Virus record (IMG/VR): IMGVR_UViG_3300036766_001014
Location: 16,841 to 80,840 of that record
Direction: 5' to 3' (one strand)
DNA from: a virus
Length of the DNA stretch: 64,000 bases
Part shown: positions 17,422 to 26,347 of the stretch, piece by piece
Position numbering within the stretch: the first letter of the stretch is position 1
Layout of the letters: the number at the start of each line of letters is the position of its first letter
Notes under the pieces: model-generated
What the model saw: the letters and a program-made list of their open reading frames with translations, nothing else
The model's database searches: none
Told to the model about the DNA's origin: nothing
Made by a program: the position numbers and the translations under genes

Positions 17422-18732
17422 GTGGCGGAACTCGATCTACGTCAAAATGACGCGGCACGCAACGTAGCGTCACGCAACGTCACAAGCGATGCCGTGCGCC
17501 GCGCGCGCCAGCGCACCGGCCGCGCCGCCCTCGACGGAATCGCCAACCCAAAGCGCCGTCCGCGGCTGCCCCTAGATCAAGAAGTAAAGAACAACACAAC
17601 AGACCGGGATGATTCAAGAATCCAGTGGTCCATTTTCGGACCAGTTCCCTTCGGAGGTTCATGGCTCTACCGAAGACGTCTATGGGAACGGTTGAGAGAT
17701 GAGGCCGCCGAATTGCCCAAGCCGATGAGGTCAGCGATGTACAAGAGAGCCGAGACAATGCGTACCTGCGGATCGACAGTGGATGTTCGCCAGTGCGGAG
17801 ACTGCGATATGGCCAGAAGCGGATCGGGCCGCTTTACCAAGACCTGCAAGAGCCGGTCATGTCCCGTGTGTTCGCAGACCAGGTCCTCGAACATCGCGGA
17901 CTTCCTTGAGCATGCCTACGACGAGGTCCCCGCCAGGGACGGCTACCGGTGGCAGTTCGTGGTGCTCACCACCAAGTACGATCCATCGGACACCGTTGAC
18001 GTCGAGCCCGCCGCCCTCCGATCGCGTGCCCTGCTTGCCGCCAAGCTCGCCCGCGTGGCCTGGAAAGCGCTCGGCGTACCCGGCGCCGCGATGCTTCGGA
18101 CGACCGAGGTCAGCGCCAGGGGAATGGTCCATGCCAACCTCGTGTACTACGGGCCGCTGATCGATGACCCGGCCGCCCGCGTCACCAAGTTCGAGCTGGA
18201 CGCCGAGCTGGCGGCAGTCGATTGCCGGGCAGGCCGGTGCAACGTCCAGATCCTCGACTCCGATCCGGTCATGGGACAGCCGGGTAAGCGCGTGAAGTCG
18301 GACGATCCACGTGGCTCGAAGTCGGCTGTGAAGCGCGCCGCGAGGTACGCCGCCAAGGGCGTTGCCGCCAAGCGTGCTGGCAAGACGACGTACGGTCCGA
18401 CCGCGCCCGGCGAAGGCTGGCTCGGAGAGCAGGAAATGGCCGTCGTCATCGATCCGCGCCTGGCCGCCCGTTGGGAGATCGCGGCCTACCGCCTCCAGCT
18501 CACGCAGCGGTACGGCGCACTACGCAAGCTCGACCTCGTCGAAGACGCGCAGCCGCTGCCCGAGGATGATGCGGAGACGCCGTGCGGCGGTTGCGGCGTC
18601 GTTGGCCATTGGAAGTGGGCGCGCTGCGATACGGAGGCGTGGGTCAGGACGAACCACGAGCGCGGACACGCGGCCCTACAGGGATCGACCTGGGCGCCGC
18701 GAGCGCGATCGTGCCTAGAAGGAGACGGATGA
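17422..18732 (+). CDS. HUH-superfamily Rep protein (Rep_1/IS91-like Zn finger); start uncertain
   Basis: CKSRSCPVC; motif I FVVLTT; motif II E...GMVHANLV; motif III RYAAK; C-terminal CGGC. Confidence 0.75.
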   Translation: MAELDLRQNDAARNVASRNVTSDAVRRARQRTGRAALDGIANPKRRPRLPLDQEVKNNTTDRDDSRIQWSIFGPVPFGGSWLYRRRLWERLRDEAAELPKPMRSAMYKRAETMRTCGSTVDVRQCGDCDMARSGSGRFTKTCKSRSCPVCSQTRSSNIADFLEHAYDEVPARDGYRWQFVVLTTKYDPSDTVDVEPAALRSRALLAAKLARVAWKALGVPGAAMLRTTEVSARGMVHANLVYYGPLIDDPAARVTKFELDAELAAVDCRAGRCNVQILDSDPVMGQPGKRVKSDDPRGSKSAVKRAARYAAKGVAAKRAGKTTYGPTAPGEGWLGEQEMAVVIDPRLAARWEIAAYRLQLTQRYGALRKLDLVEDAQPLPEDDAETPCGGCGVVGHWKWARCDTEAWVRTNHERGHAALQGSTWAPRARSCLEGDG

Positions 18733-18746
18733 TGTAGGCTTGGTGA

Positions 18747-19601
18747 ATGTCGAAGCGGATCAGCAAGTTTGTCATCAAGGGAACCGAAAAGGTCCGCGAG
18801 GGCACGTACAAATTCGACGTCGATTTGGGCAAGACCTCGATCAGAGTCATCGTCTACCCAAACAAAAGAATGCAGGTGCTTGGCAACGATTCTGTGCAGT
18901 GGCTTCAGTCGGATCTGACGGATGCCCAGCAACAGAAGCTGCTCGCCTTGGTGGCGAAAGCGGAGCGCGTGGTGAAAGAAGAATCGTTGGTTGTGGAAGA
19001 AAGCCTGCCGGAGGACCCCTGGAGGTACTTCGTCAAGACGCCGGGCGCGCTCCTCGTGCCGATCTGCATCGGCAATCAAGATCGCCCGCTGTGCCTGCAC
19101 AATATCCGTGCTCGCCCCAAGGGGATCATGAACGCGGCCAAGTACATGCGCCTCGCGTACGAGGGCAAGAACAAGAAGCGAAAACCGATCAGTCTACGCC
19201 TAAGCCGCGACGGCGAGTTCTCGATCGTCGATGGCAACAGCACGTTTGCGATCGCTGTCGCCAACGGCTGGAAGCATATCCCGGCCGAGGTGGATAGTTC
19301 CGCGCTCATAGGGCTGGCGAAGGAGAACCGCGAGAGCATGGCCGCGACGCTGGAGCACGCGGCGTTCAACGCATGCCCAGCCTGCGGCACCAGGCTCACG
19401 GAGATGTCCGCCCGTGAACTTAGGCAGAAGCTGCGCAAGGAGGGCTGCATCGAGCTGCGACAAAAGGGCAGCCACCTGCAAGTGCAGTGCGGAAAGTGCC
19501 AGTCCACGATTCCGATGCACAAGGGTCGCGACATCAAGCGCGGGACACTGGGCGCGATCGAGCGGTCGTTGGAAGTCTGCCTCGGCGACGACTTCCTCTA
19601 A
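18747..19601 (+). CDS. polyprotein: unknown domain, ParB/Srx-like domain, Zn ribbon, HicA-like toxin
   Basis: KPISL...SIVDGNST...IPAEV; CPACG; ELRQKGSH...IPMHKGRDIKRGTLGAI. Confidence 0.8.
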   Translation: MSKRISKFVIKGTEKVREGTYKFDVDLGKTSIRVIVYPNKRMQVLGNDSVQWLQSDLTDAQQQKLLALVAKAERVVKEESLVVEESLPEDPWRYFVKTPGALLVPICIGNQDRPLCLHNIRARPKGIMNAAKYMRLAYEGKNKKRKPISLRLSRDGEFSIVDGNSTFAIAVANGWKHIPAEVDSSALIGLAKENRESMAATLEHAAFNACPACGTRLTEMSARELRQKLRKEGCIELRQKGSHLQVQCGKCQSTIPMHKGRDIKRGTLGAIERSLEVCLGDDFL

Positions 19602-19975
19602 CCGGCAGTCGTCTGCCGGTCACCGGTATCGAGCAGGCCCAAGTCCTTGGCCAGACTCTGAGCATGCCTGGCCGAGGCGATCTGGACGTCGGCGAACATC
19701 GTGGTCACTTCGGCGTTGGCGCGAGAGGTCGTTTTGCGAATCAGCTTGCGCTTGGCCTTGATCGAGGCGTCGATTTCGACCTTCTGTTGCTTGATGAGTG
19801 CGGCGTAGTCGCTCAGCTCGGCGTCCAGCTTGAGCTTCGACGCCTCCAGCTCCACGACGTCCGCGTCGAGCTTGGACACGGTGCCGATGATTCCTCGGCC
19901 CCAGTCGCCGCCTCCGTTGGGCAGGCGCTCGATCCATGCGATGTCAGTGTTCGGGTTCGTATTCGTGTTCGACAT
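19598..19975 (-). CDS. coiled-coil hypothetical protein
   Basis: GAAGGAG RBS; heptad pattern. Confidence 0.65.
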   Translation of the reverse strand: MSNTNTNPNTDIAWIERLPNGGGDWGRGIIGTVSKLDADVVELEASKLKLDAELSDYAALIKQQKVEIDASIKAKRKLIRKTTSRANAEVTTMFADVQIASARHAQSLAKDLGLLDTGDRQTTAG

Positions 19976-20052
19976 TCTGCTTCTCCTTCATGGGCGCTTT
20001 CCGCCTTGGGGTTGACCAGCGTACACTGTGCCGACGATAGGCTGATAGGACT

Positions 20053-20367
20053 ATGCGAACCGTGCCAGTCGAAAAAACTCAACCCAACGTGCCAGTGCAG
20101 GAACTGGAGTCGATGCTGTACGCGATCGCTCGCGGAATAGTCGATCACCCCGACGAGGTCGTGATCTTCCCGGCGTCCGGCCACGGCTTCGTGCACTTTG
20201 AGCTGCGCTGCGACAATAGCGACGTCGGAACGCTGGTTGGCAGGCGCGGGATGCATGCCGACGCCATCCGCACGCTCATGATGGCGGCCGGTGCCGTGAG
20301 AAAAATGAGAGTGACGTTGCAGATCCTGAGCCGCGACGGGGACGACCACTTTGCCACGGGTGGCTGA
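20053..20367 (+). CDS. khpA: KH-domain RNA-binding protein (KhpA-like)
   Basis: IVDHPDEV...DVGTLVGRRG..ADAIRTL. Confidence 0.85.
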   Translation: MRTVPVEKTQPNVPVQELESMLYAIARGIVDHPDEVVIFPASGHGFVHFELRCDNSDVGTLVGRRGMHADAIRTLMMAAGAVRKMRVTLQILSRDGDDHFATGG

Positions 20368-21086
20368 TGTCCCGAAGACACCACTTCTCGCATGGGCTGC
20401 CAGGCATACTGGGCGTCATTCGCTCGAACCCGGAGGTCATCGCCGTGTTCCCTGAACTGAGCGCAACCATCATTCCACACGCCCAGGAAATTCGGATACG
20501 ACGAGGAGACTCGGCCGATATCGGCGTGCAGTTCCAGAACGACGCCGACCCTCCGGACGCCTTCCAGATTCCCGGCGGTAGCGTTTTGCGCTGGGCGGCC
20601 AAGATTGGGTTCGGCCAGACCGAGCGCGAGGGCGTGGTCGTCGGCAACGACGGCGCGCTCCTGGTCAAGCGGAGCTACTCCGCCGACGAGATCGAGATGC
20701 CAACCTCCTCCAGGGCCGTGATTCACATTGGTCGAGAGGAGGCGCTTTCCCTGCCGCTGACGTTCGCTGTATGGGACCTCGAAGCGACCATGCCCACGAC
20801 CCCGCTGGCAATCCCGCCGGGGGCCACGGCCATGTTGCTGGCTGGCAGCGACGTGGTAATTGCTGGCCCGATCACCAACTGGGAGGCGCTCGGGGCACGT
20901 GCCGGGTGCCTGATCACGATTCAGGGTCGGACGGTGCTCGTGTTGGAGCGGCTGAGCCAGGTGCACCTGCGCGTGGATTTCTCGGGCTGGATCACGGCGG
21001 CGGCTGCGATCTTCAGCCTGAGTCGATCGGTGACCAGGACGCTGGCCTCGGGGCCGTTCGTGGTCGAGGGCGACGTCGTGCTGTGA
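20367..21086 (+). CDS. beta-rich putative virion protein (BppU-N/Ig-like)
   Basis: IRRGDS...WDLEAT...RTLASGPFVV pattern. Confidence 0.5.
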   Translation: MSRRHHFSHGLPGILGVIRSNPEVIAVFPELSATIIPHAQEIRIRRGDSADIGVQFQNDADPPDAFQIPGGSVLRWAAKIGFGQTEREGVVVGNDGALLVKRSYSADEIEMPTSSRAVIHIGREEALSLPLTFAVWDLEATMPTTPLAIPPGATAMLLAGSDVVIAGPITNWEALGARAGCLITIQGRTVLVLERLSQVHLRVDFSGWITAAAAIFSLSRSVTRTLASGPFVVEGDVVL

Positions 21087-21099
21087 TCTTGTGTAAAAG

Positions 21100-21128
21100 T
21101 TGACAAACTTACGTATCGCCATCACAGT
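21100..21128 (+). promoter_or_regulatory. TTGACAAAC-type promoter, weak -10 (CACAGT)
   Basis: ATG 8 nt downstream. Confidence 0.55.
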
Positions 21129-21136
21129 TGATAAGC

Positions 21137-21370
21137 ATGGCAGACCTAACTAAGTGCCGAGGGTGCGGAAAGCCCCTGTTCGACACAAATGAGCGCAACA
21201 ACCGAGCCGTGAGTATCCAGTTCGGTACTCTCGAAGGAGACAAGGAATCTCCGCAGTGGAGCAGCCCAGCCCCCATGAAGAACACATGGGGACGGATGCA
21301 CGAGCGGTGTTTCCTGTTGGTCATCGGTGACCGCCGTGGTGTCGAGCTGGCGGCCCGTCACGCAGGCTAG
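21137..21370 (+). CDS. small Zn-binding protein
   Basis: CRGC...HERC. Confidence 0.6.
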   Translation: MADLTKCRGCGKPLFDTNERNNRAVSIQFGTLEGDKESPQWSSPAPMKNTWGRMHERCFLLVIGDRRGVELAARHAG

Positions 21371-21382
21371 TAACAACGGGTA

Positions 21383-21411
21383 TTGACAAACTCTTGTGAC
21401 CCACTCATATT
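21383..21411 (+). promoter_or_regulatory. promoter TTGACA-N17-CATATT flanked by an 8-bp inverted repeat
   Basis: TGACCCAC-TCATATT-GTGGGTCA; ATG 7 nt downstream. Confidence 0.75.
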
Positions 21412-21418
21412 GTGGGTC

Positions 21419-21928
21419 ATGGGAACCCGATTTGTAGACGTACCGGCTGACGCGATTCTGGGCGAGCTGCGAGCAATCGCGAGCGCTGTGCAGGGCAAGC
21501 GAGGCTACTCCAGCGAGGGCGTCGCGGGGCGCGAGATAGTGTTCGACATTGGGCCGCCGGGCGGCGTCGCAGTGGTGCGCGTGTATACGTCGCTCGCGCT
21601 CGGCGAGGACGCGGTGCGCGACTGCGGGGAAGACGCCGTGCGGCTGGTGTTGGGCGCGGTGATGCCCAGCGACACCGGGCTTCGCTTCAAGCCCCTGGGC
21701 GAGTCCAGGCGCATCTACCGGACGGCTCCCAAGGGCACGGCCGACGAGCGGGTTGCGGTCTTCATGAAGCGCCTGCGCGATGCCATCCGCGAGTTCTACG
21801 CGATGGCCCTGCGCGTGCCGTCATGCCCGAGCTGTGGGGGCCCGCTGGTCCGGCGCGAGAGCAGGGACGGGCGGGCCTTTCTGGGGTGCGCCAGGTACCC
21901 GGTATGTCGCGGAACGAGGCCCGCGTGA
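21419..21928 (+). CDS. protein with C-terminal topoisomerase-I-type C4 Zn ribbon
   Basis: CPSCGGPLVRR...FLGCARYPVC. Confidence 0.75.
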   Translation: MGTRFVDVPADAILGELRAIASAVQGKRGYSSEGVAGREIVFDIGPPGGVAVVRVYTSLALGEDAVRDCGEDAVRLVLGAVMPSDTGLRFKPLGESRRIYRTAPKGTADERVAVFMKRLRDAIREFYAMALRVPSCPSCGGPLVRRESRDGRAFLGCARYPVCRGTRPA

Positions 21929-21957
21929 GCCGGGTCATCGGGCGCTCAGTCAGCCTC

Positions 21958-21986
21958 TTGACAAACTGCCCTGATGGCATCATATT
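21958..21986 (+). promoter_or_regulatory. promoter TTGACA-N17-CATATT
   Basis: CTTGACAAAC; GTG 6 nt downstream. Confidence 0.75.
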
Positions 21987-21992
21987 GATGGC

Positions 21993-22301
21993 GTGGCAAA
22001 GGAACACATCAAGATGAAGATCACCGTGAGCTACTCCTCTATCGACCGGTGCTACAAGACTCGGTCATTCGCGACCCTCGCGGGCGCGCGCAAGTTCGCG
22101 CACCGGTGCGTGGGCGCGCACCCAGAAATGGGCGGCTACTACGCCGTGTCCGGAGACGGCATCGGCAAGATCACCGTGAGAGGGGACGCGAGCCTCAAGG
22201 ACTTGTTCCCGGAGCCCGCTGAGGACGACGGCCCGGCCTTGGGCAGCGACGAATCGAAGTACGACGATCGAGGCTGGCCCAAGTCGAACTCCTACCTGTG
22301 A
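21993..22301 (+). CDS. hypothetical early protein
   Basis: Directly downstream of a promoter. Confidence 0.65.
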   Translation: MAKEHIKMKITVSYSSIDRCYKTRSFATLAGARKFAHRCVGAHPEMGGYYAVSGDGIGKITVRGDASLKDLFPEPAEDDGPALGSDESKYDDRGWPKSNSYL

Positions 22302-22334
22302 CGATGATGCTCAACCCGAAAGGAATCCAGAGCG

Positions 22335-22526
22335 ATGAAGATCAAGATTGAAATCGGCACCGGCAACGAGGCTTTCTCGGACGAGAATCTGTGTCCAGAG
22401 GTAGCACGCATCTTGCGCAAGCTCGCGGACAGCATCGAGCGCGACGGCAAGCTGGAGCCCGGCGATAGCAGTCGGCTCATGGATTTGAACGGCAACGCCG
22501 TTGGCTTTTCCAAGGTAACCCGGTAG
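22335..22526 (+). CDS. small phage protein
   Basis: N.AF...EVARILRKLA...DLNGN.VG; AAGGA RBS. Confidence 0.7.
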   Translation: MKIKIEIGTGNEAFSDENLCPEVARILRKLADSIERDGKLEPGDSSRLMDLNGNAVGFSKVTR

Positions 22527-22558
22527 CTCGCTGACCCGCCCAGAGAAGGAACAGAGCA

Positions 22559-23173
22559 ATGATTTACGGAAACAAGTATGACCGCTCCATCGACATCGTC
22601 GAGATTGCCAAGCGCGTGCGCGCCGACGTCAAGACCGCAGTGGCCGAGGGCAGGCTGCCTGCTCCGTTCGCGGTCGGCGTGCGCGTCCAAAAGTATTCGG
22701 GCGGCCGAAGCTTGCACGTGACCATCAAGGACATGCCCGGCGACATCTTCAGTTTGGACTTCATCGCCTGGTATGTCGCCAATCCGCACGAACCCTTCCA
22801 CGACGCTCCGGCCAGGTACACGCCCGAGGCCAGGGCTGCGCTCGACTGCATCGAGGAGATTGTGGGCGCGTACAACCACGACGGTAGCGACATCTCGACC
22901 GACTACTTCAACGTCAACTTCTATGAGCACATTTCGTTTGACGAGGCGCTCGAACAATCCAGTCGAGGGCGCATCCTCGCCCGGATGGCCGAGGCCGCGT
23001 CGGCCGGTCCCGAGCCGACGGTCGAGCCCGAAAAGGTGGCCGTGGGCGCCGAGCGCCCTGGCATGAACTTCACCGTCGGCGACATCGAGATCACCACGAC
23101 GCTGCGCGATATCTACCCGAGCAACGTCATCCCGTTTCCGGTGGGCGGCCGACGTGGCATGGCCCGTCGCTAG
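22559..23173 (+). CDS. LPD29-like domain protein
   Basis: EIAKRVRADVK...VR..YSGGRS...YNHDGSD..TDYF.VNFY. Confidence 0.65.
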   Translation: MIYGNKYDRSIDIVEIAKRVRADVKTAVAEGRLPAPFAVGVRVQKYSGGRSLHVTIKDMPGDIFSLDFIAWYVANPHEPFHDAPARYTPEARAALDCIEEIVGAYNHDGSDISTDYFNVNFYEHISFDEALEQSSRGRILARMAEAASAGPEPTVEPEKVAVGAERPGMNFTVGDIEITTTLRDIYPSNVIPFPVGGRRGMARR

Positions 23174-23177
23174 CCTC

Positions 23178-23206
23178 TTGACTAACGCAAGTCTCCCGCT
23201 TAGATT
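23178..23206 (+). promoter_or_regulatory. promoter TTGACT-N17-TAGATT
   Basis: CTTGACTAAC variant; GGAAGGA RBS. Confidence 0.7.
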
Positions 23207-23228
23207 GTGCTCGGAAGGACAAGGCATC

Positions 23229-25265
23229 ATGACCGATTTTCACCACAAGTTGCTCTCTGGGTTGAATCCCGAGCAACGCGAAGTCGTGCTCCACGACAAG
23301 GGGCCGTTATTGGTGGTCGCCGTCGCCGGGGCAGGCAAGACTCACGCCCTGGTCAACCGGTGCGGCTACCTAGTGCGCGTGCGCGGGGCTGACCCGTCGC
23401 GCATCTTGGCGGTCACATTCTCCAAGGCGGGGGCCTCGGAGATGCAAGAGCGACTCGAATCGCTAATCGGCTCGTCCGGCGCGCGCATCGGCACGTTCCA
23501 TTCGCTCGGACTGGAGATCGTCTTCTCTGAGCGGCCCGAGATGAAAAGCTGGAAGATCGACGACTCCGACCGTTACCGGCTCTGCCTCAAGGACGCTGTC
23601 GGCTACAAGGAGATGGACTGGAAGGACCACGACATCACCATGCTCAGCTCGTTCGTCGGCCTGTGCAAGGCGAACCTGGCGCGGCCCGAGAGCGACGTGG
23701 CCAAGGCCATCGCCGAGGACATCTACAGGCGCGTGCGAAAGCCTTGCGCGCATCCAGGCATGAGCCTGCGGGCGTACGCGCGCGCGGAGGAGCTGCGTCG
23801 GGAACGGCTGCTGCTGACCTTCGACGACATGCTCGTCGAGTCGGTCGAGCTGCTGCGTGATAACGACGCCGTGCGCTCGCGCTGGGCCAGCCGGTACGAC
23901 TACGTGCTCCAAGACGAGGCGCAAGATCAAAACCTGGCGCAGCTCCTGATGGGCGAGCTGCTGGCCCAAGACCACAAGAACTACATGCTGGTCGGCGATC
24001 CAGCGCAATGCATTTACACCTGGCGCGGGGCCAAGCCGGAAAAGCTGCTGAACTTCGAGTCCGCCTGGGGCGCCAAGGTGGTGCGGATGGGTCGCAACTA
24101 TCGCTGCGGACAATCGATCATCGACGTGGCGAACGCCTCACTCGACTCGATGGACCCGACCACCAAGCTCGATATCAGGATGATTGCGGAGCGTCGCGAG
24201 GCGGGTAGCGATGACGTGGTCGAAGGCGAGGTGACCTGTCGTCAGTACACGACCATCGACGACGAGGGCTTCGGGATTGTCGATCAAATCCAAGCGCTGG
24301 TCGAAGACGGCCGCAAGCCCAAGGACTTCGTGGTGCTCTATCGCGTGAACGCGCAATCGAGGTCGCCCGAGGAGGCGCTGATCACGGCGCGCATTCCATA
24401 CCGTGTCATCGGCGGCGTGAGCTTCTACGAACGTAAGGAGGTCAAGAACCTCCTGGCTTACCTGCGACTGGCCAACGGCGGTGGCACTCTCGACGACGTC
24501 GGACGCTGCATCAACACGCCCTTCCGATATCTCGGCAAGGCATTCGTGGACAAGGTTCGCGAGGAGGCCGAGAAGCGCGCCGCGATGACCGGCCCAATCA
24601 ACTGGTCCGATGTCGTTCGCGTTGTCGCGGATCGCGCAGGCATGCAAAGTCGGCAACGGCAAAGCGCGCTCGGTTGGGCCGACATCCTCGATCGCATGCA
24701 CGCGCGGATCGCAAAGGGTGTGACCGCGACGCCTGGAACGCCCGCCTATGAGGAGTCGCTGCCCGCGGCCATCCTTGAACGAATCGTTCTCGAAACTAGG
24801 TACTCCGAGGCGCTGCTCAAAGAGGAGGGCGAGGAGAGCACCGAGAACAGCCGTGTGAGCAACGTGCGCGAGATGATTCGAGCGGCTGGCCGATTCAACT
24901 CGGCCGCCGACCTGCTCGACTACGTGGATGTCACCATCAAGGCCAGCAAGGCCAACTCGAAGGACAAGGACCCAAACCAAGTCACGCTGTGCACGCTGCA
25001 CCGCGCCAAGGGCCTGGAGTGGCCCGTCGTGTTCCTGGCTGGCGTCTCGGACCTCATCTTGCCGCACGGCAAGGCTGAGGAGCCCGAGGAGGAGCGTCGG
25101 CTCTACTACGTCGGCGTGACGCGCGCGCGCGACATCCTGCACGTGAGCTGCGTGAGAACCATCGCCTTCGGGAGCAAGCTCCGCGAAGTGGCCCCGAGCC
25201 CGTTCTTGGCCGAGTCCGGGTTGACCCCGGTTCCGGTGGGCGGAAAGGCCGCGATGGCAAGCTAG
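23229..25265 (+). CDS. uvrD: UvrD/PcrA-like SF1 DNA helicase
   Basis: AVAGAGKT, DEAQD, VGDPAQCIY.WRGA, NYR, TLHRAKGLEW, EERRLYYVGVTRA. Confidence 0.95.
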   Translation: MTDFHHKLLSGLNPEQREVVLHDKGPLLVVAVAGAGKTHALVNRCGYLVRVRGADPSRILAVTFSKAGASEMQERLESLIGSSGARIGTFHSLGLEIVFSERPEMKSWKIDDSDRYRLCLKDAVGYKEMDWKDHDITMLSSFVGLCKANLARPESDVAKAIAEDIYRRVRKPCAHPGMSLRAYARAEELRRERLLLTFDDMLVESVELLRDNDAVRSRWASRYDYVLQDEAQDQNLAQLLMGELLAQDHKNYMLVGDPAQCIYTWRGAKPEKLLNFESAWGAKVVRMGRNYRCGQSIIDVANASLDSMDPTTKLDIRMIAERREAGSDDVVEGEVTCRQYTTIDDEGFGIVDQIQALVEDGRKPKDFVVLYRVNAQSRSPEEALITARIPYRVIGGVSFYERKEVKNLLAYLRLANGGGTLDDVGRCINTPFRYLGKAFVDKVREEAEKRAAMTGPINWSDVVRVVADRAGMQSRQRQSALGWADILDRMHARIAKGVTATPGTPAYEESLPAAILERIVLETRYSEALLKEEGEESTENSRVSNVREMIRAAGRFNSAADLLDYVDVTIKASKANSKDKDPNQVTLCTLHRAKGLEWPVVFLAGVSDLILPHGKAEEPEEERRLYYVGVTRARDILHVSCVRTIAFGSKLREVAPSPFLAESGLTPVPVGGKAAMAS

Positions 25266-25441
25266 TAAGCGTGGCTTGTCCGCCCCCCCCCTGGACAAGC
25301 CGTGCTTCTGCCCGCTTCCCCGCCCATGTACGCCTGCCTTTCCTTCCAGTTTCGGTCAAGGCGTCATGCGGGGGAGCGGGGTCTTTTTACGTTGTCGTCC
25401 AGGCCCAGGCGATTAGGCTGCTCGGGCACAAGGAGAAGTCG

Positions 25442-25732
25442 ATGCAGATCAGACCGCTCGGAGATCGCGTGCTCGTGTCCAGGATCGAAGCTGAGTCGGT
25501 GACGACTGGCGGCCTCCTGGTGCCAGACAACGCCAAGGAGAAGAAGGATCGGGCGACTGTGATCGCCGTCGGCGACGGCCGCGTGATGGACGACGGCGCG
25601 GTGATACCGCTCGACGTCAGAGCCGGAGACCTGGTGCTATTCGGCAGGTACTGCGGCACCGAGGTAGAGGTGGACGGCAAGAAGCTGCTGATGATTGGCG
25701 AGGACGACGTGCTCGCGATTATCGAGCCCTGA
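25442..25732 (+). CDS. groES: co-chaperonin GroES
   Basis: IRPLGDRVLV, T.GGLLVPD.AKEK, VIAVGDG; AAGGAG RBS. Confidence 0.95.
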   Translation: MQIRPLGDRVLVSRIEAESVTTGGLLVPDNAKEKKDRATVIAVGDGRVMDDGAVIPLDVRAGDLVLFGRYCGTEVEVDGKKLLMIGEDDVLAIIEP

Positions 25733-25799
25733 CCGGACGAAAAGTAGACACGGGCCGAGTCTGGGCCCTATGCTGACCACCAGCGGAGGGTCTTCCCCC

Positions 25800-26324
25800 A
25801 TGTCGGTCTCACCAATCACGACTTTCGGTGTCTTCAAGAGCTTGCTCACGCAGGCCGTGAACAACGACAGCACGCTGTCGAGCACGGTCAAGTCTTCGAT
25901 GCTGGCGAGGCTCAACGAGCTGCCGCGCGAGGTCGGCATCGCGCTCGACTTCTCGACGGTGGAGAGCGTGGCTGGCTTCGTGTCGGTGAGCCAGATCACG
26001 CGCTCGGTCGAGGTCGCCATCGGCGCGTCCGGCTCGAACCGGGCGACCTGGGGACTACTGAGCTTCGGGGTGCCGCTGACCATCGGCGGCATGAAGACGG
26101 CTGCCGGGTTCTTCGCTGGCAACACTGGCGCGAGCGCCAACTCGCCGGTGGCCATCGCCGACGTGGCCCTGGAGTACCGTCTGTCAGCGACCGACTCCTG
26201 GAAGTCGTTCGACCGCAACACCGTGCTGTATGGCGTGACCGCGATTCAGTTCGCGGCGACCATTGCCGATCAGGTGGCGGCAGTCGCGTTGCCGGGGCTG
26301 CACCTGGGTGCCGTTCAGGAGTAG
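25800..26324 (+). CDS. hypothetical protein (possibly structural)
   Basis: GGAGG RBS; Ala/Ser/Val-rich beta pattern. Confidence 0.6.
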   Translation: MSVSPITTFGVFKSLLTQAVNNDSTLSSTVKSSMLARLNELPREVGIALDFSTVESVAGFVSVSQITRSVEVAIGASGSNRATWGLLSFGVPLTIGGMKTAAGFFAGNTGASANSPVAIADVALEYRLSATDSWKSFDRNTVLYGVTAIQFAATIADQVAAVALPGLHLGAVQE

Positions 26325-26347
26325 ACCGCGAGACATCGGGGACTGAT

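Noticed and set aside
19598-19975. HicB antitoxin for the adjacent HicA domain
   Set aside because: Convergent orientation, coiled-coil sequence and no HicB-like pattern.
25311-25380. SRP (4.5S) RNA on the minus strand, because of GGAAGGAA in a long hairpin
   Set aside because: The conserved CAGG...GGAA...AGCAG helix-8 arrangement is missing.
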